The notes under the pieces were generated by a model. That model was not told the DNA's origin. It saw nothing but the letters and a program-made list of their open reading frames with translations, and did not search any database. From Octopus bimaculoides (lineage: Eukaryota), in the NCBI RefSeq assembly GCF_001194135.2, contig NC_068982.1, forward strand, positions 144,845,276-144,893,964: DNA of 48,689 bases, given 5' to 3'. Positions 1 through 10,699 of the stretch are shown one piece after another (position 1 is the stretch's first letter; the number at the start of each line of letters is the position of its first letter). The translations under genes and the position numbers were made by a program.

Positions 1-365
1 CTCTACTCGCAGAATTGACAGCACGCCGGGCGAAATGTTTAGCGGTATTTCATCTGTCTTTACGTTCTGAGTTCAAATTCCGCCGAGGTCGACTTTGCCT
101 TTCATCCTTTCAGGGTCGACAAATTAAGTATCAGTTGCGTACTGGGGTCGATCTAATCGACTGGCCTCCCTCCCCCAAAATTTCGGGCCTTGTGCCTAGA
201 GTAGAAAAGAATCGTTAGCACGCTGGACGAAATGCTAAGCGTCAGTTCGTCTGTCGTTATGTTCTGAGTTTTAATTCCGCCGAGCTCGACTTTGCCTTTC
301 GTTCTTTTAGAATCGATCAAATAAATACCAGTTGCATACTGGTGTCGATGTAACCAACTTACCCA
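1..365 (+). mobile_element. Two head-to-tail copies of a tRNA-derived SINE (family A)
   Basis: B-box-like GAGTTCAAATTCC followed by GAGGTCGACTTTGCCTTTCATCCTTT..GGGTCGA. The unit restarts at about 208 (GAATCGTTAGCACGCTGG). The same family recurs at 5350-5430, 9185-10240, 26800-26895, 43990-44680, 47125-47400 and 48080-48250. Confidence 0.8.
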
Positions 366-404
366 TTCCCTCGAAATTACTGACCATATGACAAAATGTG
401 AAAT

Positions 405-1081
405 TATCATCATCATCATTGCTATTATTATTATTATTATTATTGAGTGAAAGAGCAATGCATGCCATCAAAGTGACACTGGGGTACAAATATATGAAGC
501 CCAATATACCCATTATGACTACCCGTCTGATAAGGCAGGCACATGCATCACACCAGGCACATGCATCACACCAGGCACATGCATTACACCAGGCACATGA
601 ATCACACCAGGCACATGCATCACAACCATATGTGAGCGACATGGTGACTTTGTATCAAGATAAACAGCGCATGAACTTGCAGGTGGGACCCAGTTAGAAT
701 TTTCTTCAGGTAGAGTAGCCAATCCCGTTCAAAAGTTCCCTGAATAAGGTGTGTTAAAGTTGTTGAACGAAACACCCATGTTTCCAGAGGCGAATTATTC
801 AAACCCCAAAGAATTCCTCTCAACACATGGCTATGATGCTCCCCCACTATTTCTGCTCGTGATCAGAGATGCACATATCGTCAGTCACCANNNNNNNNNN
901 ATTTCTGCTCGTGATCAGAGATGCACATATCGTCAGTCACCAAAGGACATGCTCAACGAGTTAAAGTCAAGCAACTGACAAGCAAATCTGTGGTATTGAG
1001 CAGAATATTTGCGGTAGCCCATCGGTTTATGCCAAGACAAAACATGTACATGATAACACTTCCAATCAATTAAGATCAGAA
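405..1081 (-). mobile_element. 3' portion of an unclassified retroposon with (AAT)n tail
   Basis: Non-coding repeat-like sequence ending on the minus strand in an (AAT)n run at about 420-445, with an internal tandem repeat. No coding homology recognised. Confidence 0.45.
536..624. repeat. 18-bp tandem repeat CAGGCACATGCATCACAC x5
   Basis: Units start at 536, 554, 572, 590 and 608, with 0-1 mismatch each. Confidence 0.95.
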
Positions 1082-1969
1082 NNNNNNNNNNNNNNNNNNN
1101 NNNNNNNNNNNNNNNNNNNNNNNNNNNNNNNNNNNNNNNNNNNNNNNNNNNNNNNNNNNNNNNNNNNNNNNNNNNNNNNNNACATGAGTGTTCACATATA
1201 CATATATGTCTTTCTTTAATAAACTTGCGCGTCCATATACATCCGATTTTAATTGTATCAGATCAACACATACATGTCTCATCAACGAGCTCTTAGTTAA
1301 ATTTGCAAGAGTACAATTAACAGATGTTAGAAAATAATTTTTGCTTTAATACTATCTCAGCTTTAAAATCTCTCGGTATTCATTATATTTTCTCTTTCTC
1401 TTCTCTCTCTTCTCTTTCATTCTATCTCTAATAAACATACGTTGTGTTAATACAGTGCGTTTTGGGATAGTATAGACACTCGTCTCTCTCCGCCTCACCA
1501 AACATAACTGCATTTTTGCAACTTCTCTATACGACTTTGTATATAGTGATATAATGGAAACAGCATGTAAAGGACATATTTGCAACCCCCTTTCTGTCTG
1601 TCTAACTCTCAGTCGCTCTGTCTGTCTGTCTGTCTGTCTGTCTGCTTACCTTCCTGTCTGTCTGAATGTCTCTCAACCCATATAAAGGAGAAAGCCTTTA
1701 TGCTCAGCTGCTTAGATCCTCGTCGTGTCATTTCTATTCAGTAACAAACTGATACTAAAAATAAAAAGAAGTGAAATACAACCTGCATGCGTATGTCTAT
1801 TGACGAAATGACCTACCCGAAGTCTAACACCACCTGATTCTATACGCTTTTCACACTAATAATCTTGCAAAACAAATATATAGATGTTATATATATATCA
1901 TTTTTTTAATTTATGCGCCCTTTTAAAGCTGCGTTCCCCCCAGCTGGACGGGACGTCAGTCCATCGCAG

Positions 1970-2171
1970 CGTTACTCAAAAAACAGGAAGAAAGAGTGAG
2001 AGAAAGTTGGGGCGAAAGAGTACAACAGGGGTTGCCACTATCCCCTGCCGGAGCCTCGTGGAGCTTCAGGTGTTTTCGCTCAATAAACACACACAACGCC
2101 CGGTCTGGGAATCGAAACTGCGATCCTCCGACCGCGGGTCCGCTGCCCTAACCACTGGGCCATTGCGCCTC
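1970..2171 (-). mobile_element. tRNA-derived SINE (family B, tRNA-Arg-like head), partial
   Basis: Reverse complement begins GAGGCGCAATGGCCCAGTGGTTAGGGCAGCGGAC...GTTTCGATTCCC, showing A-box and B-box spacing. The body is near-identical to the copy at 40570-40953. Confidence 0.8.
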
Positions 2172-2192
2172 GACATATACATATATACATAC

Positions 2193-2237
<45 letters not shown>

Positions 2238-2295
2238 CACACACACACACATACACACAAATACATACATACAAACACACACGCACACACGCACC
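2172..2295. repeat. Compound (TA)/(CA)/(ATAC) microsatellite
   Basis: Direct inspection. Confidence 0.95.
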
Positions 2296-2299
2296 CGCG

Positions 2300-3480
2300 C
2301 ACTGCCATATGTCGAATTGCAATCCTTGACCAAGTTTGCATGCATGAGGCTGATAAAGCTGCTCCTTGAGCAGTATTCCTTGTCTGATAACCTTAAAAAT
2401 ATGCCCAAACTAGACGTACGACTCTACCGCAATGTATCATATGAAAGAATGAGCGCATACCGGCAGAAGACCATGCAAGGATATGTTATTAGAAAACTCC
2501 GGGATGATAGTAACATTGATCATCAAAGTAGTATATCACGGACCAATAACCGGAGTACTAACTCCCACTTTGAAGGGTATGCGTTTGCAATCCAAGAACA
2601 GGAAATATCAACTAAATACTTGATGCACAAAAGTGACAGAGACGCAGAAAAAGCAGCAAAATGTGATAACTGATGTAGACTTTGTGGAGTTAACACTGAA
2701 GATATCACCCACTTAATGAACAGTTGTCCGAAATGTCATTACAGTATTATCTACTGATGAGACATGATAATGTAGCTAGGCACTGTATAATGAGATCTGT
2801 CAAAAGGATAAACCCGAGGCTAAAGACATAAGACCCCACAGTATGGTGGAAGCCATAGCCACTCAATAAAAAAGGAGTACTGGTGGAATGTCCCAGTGAA
2901 AACCTCAATAAAATGCAAACCTAACACACCTAATATAGTGATTTTGGATAGAGAAGAGAAATTGTGTACAGTTGTGGAAATCACCTGTCCAATAGATGTC
3001 ACCATAAAGCTAAAGATCAGCGATAAAACAAAAAAAAAAAATACCTACATTGAACTATTGAGGAAACTGCAGCTATTCTACCAAGATTGCAAGTCCAGGT
3101 TTATACCTGTAAATATTGGGGCTCTGGGATATGTAACGCACTGCCTAAATACTAATCTTGAGAAATTAGGCTTCTCAAAACTAGAAATGAGAAAACTGAT
3201 TCGAAGACTACAGATCCAAGCCATCACTAGAACTGTAAAAATCTGCAAAACTTTCCAAAAGTTTATCATTTAAGTATATATGAGCATGTCTAGACATGCA
3301 ACTATATGCTCGAAAATACATACGTAAAACAAAACGTACAAATCTGCACATATACATACATATATACAAAAATACCCAGGTGATGCTGTTGAAATTCCAA
3401 TGAACGAGCCTTGGATCTAGGTTAGAAACCTAGATTTCTCTATTGGCAAGAAACTTTGTAACAAAACTGAAAAATGACAT
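2300..3480 (+). mobile_element. 5'-truncated, disrupted R4/Dong-like non-LTR retrotransposon (zinc knuckle plus restriction-like endonuclease)
   Basis: Fragments read SHFEGYAFAIQEQEISTKYL, CRLCGVNTEDITHLMNSC (CCHC knuckle), KPNTPNIVILDREEKLCTVVEITCP (PD-(D/E)xK-type RLE) and FIPVNIGALG...TVKICKTF*. Stops and frameshifts are present, followed by a 3' UTR and an ATAC repeat. Confidence 0.8.
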
Positions 3481-3670
3481 ACATGCATCTATATGTATAT
3501 GTGAATGCATATGTGTGCATACATACAAATGTACATACATGCATACATACATACATACATGCATGTATATGCATGCGTGTATACATACATGCATACATGC
3601 ACGCACGTACACATACACACACACACACACGCACGCACACACACACACACATACACACACACACACACAT
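3478..3670. repeat. (ATAC)/(ATGC)/(CA) microsatellite
   Basis: Direct inspection. Confidence 0.95.
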
Positions 3671-4377
3671 CCATCTGGCTTACTTATATAAACTGCATAG
3701 ATAAAAGCAAAATTTGTCTGCTTCGTATAAACATCGTTAGATAAAACACAGAAAGAAAAGGAAATTTGTCATCTTCGAACAAACACTTTTTGAATAATGT
3801 AATTTAAATAAGAATACAAAAATTTCTTTACAGCCTGACTCCATTGATATATCTTTTAAGTACACTGTCTTGGGACATTTGACGAATAACAAATTGTAAA
3901 AGTGAAATAAATGAAAATAAGATAATGCGATGTAAAGGCGTCACACTGTACGCTGTATCTTATCTTTCTTCCTGAATCCCCACCTAATTACGCATGATAT
4001 GAGTGGTATGTGATCAAGAACACTTGGAAAAGGAAAGAAATATTGTAGTTTCGTACACGAACTTACTTCCTGTTTTTCCCTCCTTCACATTTTGTCCTAC
4101 AAATTGCGACATTTATTTATTTATTTAATATTTTTTTCAATTTCTCTTTGCCAATCCTTGATGCTCAAGTGTGTTGTTGTAGGCGGAGATGATGATGGTG
4201 GTATGGTTGCTGTTTTCTTTGTTGCTGCTTGATCCAGGCTCGAACTGATTGGATAAATTTAGGTTAGAAGAATTCCAACTATGACCATCTCATTTTCTAA
4301 AGAGATTTCTGGGACTACATTATCCAATGTATCATATTTTTTTAAGATGGTGACGTTTGATTTGAGGGAAATCTGAC

Positions 4378-4508
4378 TGCATCAGCAGCAGCGGCGGCAG
4401 CAGTGGCAGCGGCGGCAGCAGTGGCAGCGGCGGCAGCAGCAGCACTAATAACAACAACAACAACGACAATAACAACGACGACGACGATGACAACAACAAC
4501 AACAACTC
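4378..4508. repeat. Trinucleotide low-complexity tract (GCA/GCG then ACA/ACG)
   Basis: Direct inspection. No splice or coding context was found. Confidence 0.85.
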
Positions 4509-4684
4509 TAACGGTCATTAAACTCCTTGTCTGCCATTGAGTTTGGCTATCTCTTGCTTCATCAGCAAGTTCAAAAGGGCTGAACTTGCTGATTACATAA
4601 CTTCTCATATATATACCTTTGATACACTTGTCTTTCTCTACGCTACCTAGATGGCAAAATGACGGGGTTGTTAGAATGTCGGAC

Positions 4685-5335
4685 GGTCTAGAAATGCTCA
4701 CACCATCATCCTTCTCTACTCTACTTTTGTCCGACCCCACCTTGAATACTGTTGCCCACTGTGGTCACCTTACACGAAGCAACTCATTATGAAAGTGGAA
4801 GCACTCCACAGGTCAATTACAAGAAAGATAGACGGCATGACAGGTATTGACTATTGGGGTCAACTAAAAATCTCAATCTCTACTCTCTCCAACGCCGCCG
4901 TGAGCGCTACATCATTTGTGTGATGTGGAAAATATTCCATCAATATTGCACAAATGATGTTGGCATCAATTTTAAAATCCACCCAAGACTTGGCCCTCGT
5001 GCTATCTGCCCACTACTAAAATCGAACTCAAGATATACAGCAACAGTACGACACAATTACTTTACCTCAAGCGGTCCAGCTCTCTTCTTTAATATTATAC
5101 CAAAATACATCAAAACAGAAACAGATCCCATAAAATTCAAAAATTCTCTAGATAAATTTCTCCGAAAAATCCCTGACCAACCTCCTACACTCGGATGTCT
5201 CTCTCCAACGATAATAACTCTTTGTTAGAGTGGGCAATGGTGCCCCATATATGACTAAAAGACTTCACCAGGTGGTGCTAGTTATTAAGTTAGACATGGC
5301 CTGGGCCTATACTGGCCGAAATGTATCTAAGTTAA
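4685..5335 (+). mobile_element. 5'-truncated CR1/L2-like LINE, C-terminal region and 3' UTR
   Basis: Reads LLYSTFVRPHLEYCCPLWSPYTKQLIMKVEALHRSITRKIDGM, then (frameshift) LNLYSLQRRRERYIICVMWKI. This matches the conserved post-RT segment of CR1-group LINEs. Confidence 0.8.
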
Positions 5336-5522
5336 GCTACTTGTCTTGATTCATCATTGCCTGAGTTCAAATCCTGCCGACGCCAGCTTTACCTTTCACC
5401 CTTTCGGTGTCGATAAGATAAGTATCAATCAAAAATGGTGGATTGGTGAAGAACTACTTTGATCATTTGTCAGCAAGATAAGAGTGAACTTAGAGCAAAA
5501 CAACAACAACAAATAGCAACAT

Positions 5523-5714
5523 CTCAGAAGGCTGTAATCTCATTTGACAGGAACGCGGTATAAAGAAATACATGGAACAAGGTGGTAACTTTAAATACCT
5601 TTAATGTGGCCACACAAAGTGATATACAAGCTGAATGATAAATGAAAATGGGTTGATGCGTGGAAGCCATGGTCTTCTCCTGTGCGTTACCTCCTATCTG
5701 CTAGCTGGCGTGTC

Positions 5715-5757
<43 letters not shown>

Positions 5758-6630
5758 TTAGGTTACGTCTTCACAGTCTCGCGTCCCAATGCAGAAAGAG
5801 GAAGAGATGAGTCTCTGAAGCTTAATGTTGCGTAATGCCCTCTATTGTTCAACTAATTAGGCAGACAACAACTGAAATGCAATACAATGCTCAGACAAGG
5901 AAAGGTTCCAGTCTTTAAAGCAGAGTTCAATAAAGTCCGAAGTGGCCAATATGTCTAAAGGTGTCATTCACGTGACGATGCACCTTGGAACGCTGACATG
6001 GTAGACAGACACGTGACCAGGCAGTAATAAACCGACGCATATTCGGCCAGAAAAAGTGAGCCGAGATAAGCTTTACTGTGGCCGCAATGCCGGGGCGTGA
6101 CAGTAAATGCAGTGCTTCAAAAACAGCACCATTTTAGTTAGTTTAGTGGTCTGGAGCGTCGTGGTGCGTTTTACACGTTGGGGTCACTATTATAGATGGA
6201 TAGGTGTCCATGTTGCGTCGGGGTCACCATTATAGTTGAATAGGTGTCCATGCTGCGTCGGGGTCACCATTTCAGAAGGATTGCTTGTGGGGCCATCTAA
6301 TGTGACTCTACTCAGAAGGCTGTAATCTCATTTGACAGGAACACGGTATAAAGAAATACATAGAACAAGGTGGTAACTTTAAATACCTTTAATGTGGCCA
6401 CACGTACATATACAAGCTGAATGATAAATGAAAATGGTTTCATGCGTGGAAGCCATGGTCATCTCCTGTGCGTTACCTCCTATCTGCTAGCTGGCATGTC
6501 GTGTGAGAAAAAGATACAGTTAGGTTACGTCTTCACAGTCTCGCGTCACAATACAGAAAAAGGAAGAGATGAGTCTCTGAACCTTAGAGTTGCGTAATGC
6601 CCTCTATTGTTCAACTAATTACGCAGCCAC
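5523..6630 (-). mobile_element. Internally deleted Ty3/Gypsy derivative: two direct repeats (putative LTRs), tRNA-Trp PBS x3, integrase zinc-binding fragment
   Basis: Direct repeats at 5523-5868 and 6311-6630. Minus-strand frame at about 5927-6130 reads AVFEALHLLSRPGIAATVKLISAHFFWPNMRRFITAWSRVCLPCQRSKVHRH (Gypsy integrase HHCC domain, second His changed to Arg). CGTCGGGGTCACCA, identical to the eukaryotic tRNA-Trp 3' end, occurs at 6216 and 6256, with a degenerate copy at 6174. No TSD or PPT found. Confidence 0.75.
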
Positions 6631-7751
6631 CGTCAGGGGAGGTAACTGCGCTTACAGGCTTATAAACACCTTCCACGCTGCAATTGTTTTTGTTTCAGCA
6701 CACGATCTCAGAGCAGGTCACTTGCTATGCAAGTACATCTACGTAATATTAAAAATATAAATCCAAAACCGGGAGAAAAAAATAGAAAAAGAGGAACAAG
6801 GAAGTAAACAAAAAAAAAACAGAAACAAAAACAATAAAAGAAAGAAAAAAGAAACACACATCAACAACAAATGCCTCAACTGATTGCACACTACAAAGTT
6901 CAACAAAACCTACTGAAGCAACCCATCTCCAGTCGTTTTGACCTAGTCTTGCCACTGGATTGAAGATGGCCACAGGCACGAGAAAGTGGTTCACGGTGCA
7001 TAACTTTTTTTTATTTTAAATAGTTACTGCACAAGTCATCAGGCATCCTTAAGGTTGGTTAGATGACAGATGAACATATGAGTAAAAACAATACGGTTTT
7101 TCTAACAAAAATTTTCCTTTGCGTTATTAACCCACATCACTTGATATCAAAATTCTCTACATGCACTTGAATGCACACACTCATGACAAACTTGCCACTC
7201 ATACATAATGTTGTATATACATTATCAATATAACGTATTTCCACACACACACACACACACACGTATTCATCCACACTTATTTTCAGTTCCATAGCTGTTG
7301 TTACAATGAAACACACTTTGTGAAAAATGTTTTTCGCTGACACAATCATGACAAACTATTATTTACAGAAAATTCGGGTTGAATATCTGAATTGTAATCA
7401 TTAACTTTATCATATCTGAAACGTGAATTGTATTTCACACTGTTCTCTAATTTCGTTTTTATAGCTGCTGTTTTCTTTATTTATATACTGAATTAGGTTT
7501 TACTGAACATTTTCACTGCACACGTTCTATTAAGCAAAGGTACAATGAATAACTTGATGTGTGTTTGCTGAGATAAACTTATTTATATTTGAAAGAATAA
7601 ATTTACTGTCTTGAACCACGGTAGCATCTTCATGTCTTTCTTTTTCTTGTTCCTGATAACGCAACGTATTTCTGGTCTCTTATATGTCTTTCCTGGTCAC
7701 GTAATCAATCTATCTTATTCTTCTTCGTGACCACTTCGTTGTTGTTTAAAG

Positions 7752-8030
7752 CAGAACTTCTTAAACTTAATTTTTTTTAACCTCCTTTCTCTTACTAACA
7801 CTTTTTCAACATCCCCTTGCAAAATTAAATACACAGAGAATTGCTGCCGACAGGTTGGTCACTACTAAAAGAGTTCTTGGAATGTCAAAATAACTTTTCA
7901 ATTACATATACGACCAGACGATCCGCACACAGAAAAAGTTTTTAAAATTAAGGGAATTAACAGAGAAATATCGCCTACTACGCCCCACTCCAACATCCAG
8001 GGGCATTGTCGCTTACTTTGAGAAGCACTG
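7752..8030. mobile_element. hAT (Charlie/Buster-like) MITE, 279 bp
   Basis: Perfect 8-bp TSD GTTTAAAG at 7744-7751 and 8031-8038, with central TA. Imperfect TIRs: CAGAACTTCTTAAA on the left and CAGTGCTTCTCAAA (reverse complement) on the right. Confidence 0.85.
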
Positions 8031-8649
8031 GTTTAAAGTATGAAATCAAAACTATATTATTATTAATGCATCTGTCTGATTCCCTTTTAAAATGCCAGGG
8101 TGTGATTTGATGAAGATTCAGTTGAGTTAAGCACGCACAAACCTTCAGTCACAGTGCCCAGGCAACAATCTTTGAGAGAAACATCCAGCCTCTTCCTGGA
8201 TGGTATATTTATTAGATGTTAGATTTCTTTCAAAAATGAGCTCTATAATGAGTTATTGTAACAATACGACTTAACGTCGCACAGAAGTTCACGGATGCTA
8301 ATTATTTCGGTGTTTACTATTTTTTCTTTCTCCTGTAGCGTGTGGTATGACAAGACATAGTGACAGTTCATATATATATATATATATANNNNNNNNNNNN
8401 NNNNNNNNNNNNNNNNNNNNNNNNNNNNNNNNNNNNNNNNNNNNNNNNNNNNNNNNNNNNNNNNNNNNNNNNNNNNNNNNNNNNNNNNNNNNNNNNNNNN
8501 NNNNNNNNNNNNNNNNNNNNNNNNNNNNNNNNNNNNNNNNNNNNNNNNNNNNNNNNNNNNNNNNNNNNNNNNNNNNNNNNNNNNNNNNNNNNNNNNNNNN
8601 NNNNNNNNNNNNNNNNNNNNNNNNNTATATATATATATATATATATGTA

Positions 8650-9135
8650 TAGGGGTTGGACAAAATAATGGAAACACCTTAAAATTTCAAACAAATTTAC
8701 TTTAATATAGGGTAGGACTACTTTTGGCAGTAGTTACAGCTTGAATTCTACGAGGTATGGACTCGTATAAAGTTTGAATTGTTTTCAAAGGAATTTTTGT
8801 CCATTCTTCCGCTAAAACAATCTCCATTTCTTGTGATGATGGTGGAGGATATCGACTTGTTACTTGTTTTTCTAAAATGCACCATAAACGTTCAATAATA
8901 TTAAGATCTGGGGACTGTGGTGGCCAGATAAGATGTTCAACTTCACTAGAATATTCCTCGTGCCATTCAGTAACAACTTTAGCTGTGTGAATTGGTGCAT
9001 TATCATCCTGAAAGATTGCGTTTCCCTCCGGAAACAGTTCTGCAACCATAGGCTGAATTTGATCTGATAAAATGCTTAAATAGTCTTGACTATTAATTCT
9101 GCCATGAAAGGAAACCACTGGGGCGGTGGATTTCC
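8650..9135 (-). mobile_element. Tc1-family transposon 3' fragment with TIR
   Basis: TIR (T)AGGGGTTGGACAAAATAATGGAAACACC at 8650 abuts the TA of a (TA)n tract. Transposase C-terminus reads IFQDDNAPIH...WPPQSPDLNIIERLW. Confidence 0.9.
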
Positions 9136-9184
9136 AAGATGTAGCGACCGAGTATGAAAATGAAAATGAAATCAACCGCGATTC

Positions 9185-10240
9185 TCATATAGGCATAAGG
9201 CCTGGAGTTTTGGGTGAAGGGACGTCAATTATATCGCCCACAGTGATCAACTGGACTTATTTTATTGACCCCGAAAGGATGAAAGGTAAAGTCGAGCTCG
9301 ACGGCATCTGAACTCAGAACGTAAAGACGAACGAAATGCCGCTAAGCAATTTGCTCGACGCTCTAACGATTATAGCAGCTCGCCGCCCTAGTGTTTACTA
9401 ATATTGACATTTGGTAGAACAAGGTTGATATGTCTCAACTGAAATATCTTTATATTTTTTGCAGAGACATAAAGAACGCTGATATTACCCCACATGGTCC
9501 ATCTGCAATTAAACGATGTCAAAGAATCGATTGAAACATCAACAAAAATGGAATACAAACAAGTCCAAAGATTCAGCTTCTGTTGATGTTAATAATAGTT
9601 TCAAATATTAAGGCAGTGAGCTGGCAGAATCGTTAGGGGCGCATTTATTATTTATTATTACTGGGGTCGATGTAATCGACTTACCCTCTTCCGCGAAATC
9701 TAGGGCCCTGTGCATATAGTAGAAAGGAATATTAAGGCGGTGAGCTGGCAGAATCGTTAGTATGCCGGACAAAATGCTGCTAAGTATTTTGTCCATCTTT
9801 ACGTGCTGAGTTTAAATTCTGCCAAAGCCAACTTTGCCTTTCATCTTTTCGGAGTCGATAAAACAAGTACCACTTAAGCATTGGGGTCAATATAATCGAC
9901 TTACCCCACACAACTCCGAAATTGCTGGCATTGTGCCAAAATTTGACAGCAATATCAAGGCAGTGAGCTGGCAGAATCGTTAGTATGCTTGGCAAAATGT
10001 TTACCGACATTTCGTCTGTCTTTACGTTCTGAGTTCAAATTCCGCCGAGGTCGACTTTACCTTTCATCCTTTTGGAGCCGATAAGCTAAGTAGTACCGGT
10101 CGATGTAATCGACTAGCCCCGTACCTGAAATTGCTGGCCGTGTGTCAAAATTGGAAACCAATGTAATGCTCGACTGGTACTTATTTTATTAACTATTGAA
10201 AGATGAAAAACAAAGTCGACCTCGGTAGGATTTGAAAACT
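9185..10240. mobile_element. Cluster of family-A SINEs: one minus copy (9185-9390), three tandem plus copies (9608-10160), one partial minus copy (10170-10240)
   Basis: Repeated heads (ATT/ATC)AAGGC(A/G)GTGAGCTGGCAGAATCGTTAG at about 9608, 9732 and 9953, with a shared body. Confidence 0.85.
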
Positions 10241-10699
10241 AAAATACTGCTGGGAATTTTTTCTCACATTCGATCATTTTGCCACTCAGAGCTACCCAAC
10301 AGTGTTAATAAAAATTCATTTCATTAGCTCAGAAACACACATTTGGGGCTAGCTTTTAATCAGCTAAATTGATGAAATGTAACGGTGACTTTCGGTGGGA
10401 TTTGAAGTCGGAATATAAGGATGAAACCAGATACAGATTTCGCTAATCCATCACTATTAAACAGTTAAAATAAAGAATAATTGCTGGTTTTGTTGACCTT
10501 CCTGGTTAACCTTGATTAAACAGACTTATTATCTCAGGAAATTCAGTCATGAACATTTTATTCCACTTTTAGGCAGTATACAGGACCACATTATCCAATG
10601 CACTCCCCCTTTTCAAGACGGTAAAGTGTAATTTGAAGGATATTTAGCTGCTATTTCTAGCAGGCCAAGCGACTGCATAGAGGTTTCTTCGTTGGTTCA

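Noticed and set aside
849-942. Exact 42-bp direct repeat (849-890 and 901-942)
   Set aside because: It flanks a 10-N gap and is most likely an unmerged contig overlap.
1884-3744. CVCV / HTHT / YIYI ORFs (also 44966-45402, 46462-46710)
   Set aside because: These are translations of dinucleotide and tetranucleotide repeats.
4342-4740. 132-aa ORF with poly-Val and poly-Ala
   Set aside because: It is a trinucleotide tract joined to antisense LINE sequence, with no coding signal.
5969-6017. Two CACGTGAC E-box motifs
   Set aside because: They fall within the Gypsy integrase coding fragment and are explained by it.
6174-6270. CRISPR-like appearance of the 40-bp, 65-bp (23758-24060) and 52-bp (42761-42942) arrays
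   Set aside because: The DNA is eukaryotic, there are no unique spacers between identical repeats, and no cas genes.
8243-8694. ORFs containing X runs (also 1076-1285, 13197-14243, 13474-14172, 26882-27166, 36729-37115)
   Set aside because: They are open only because of N gaps and adjacent microsatellites.
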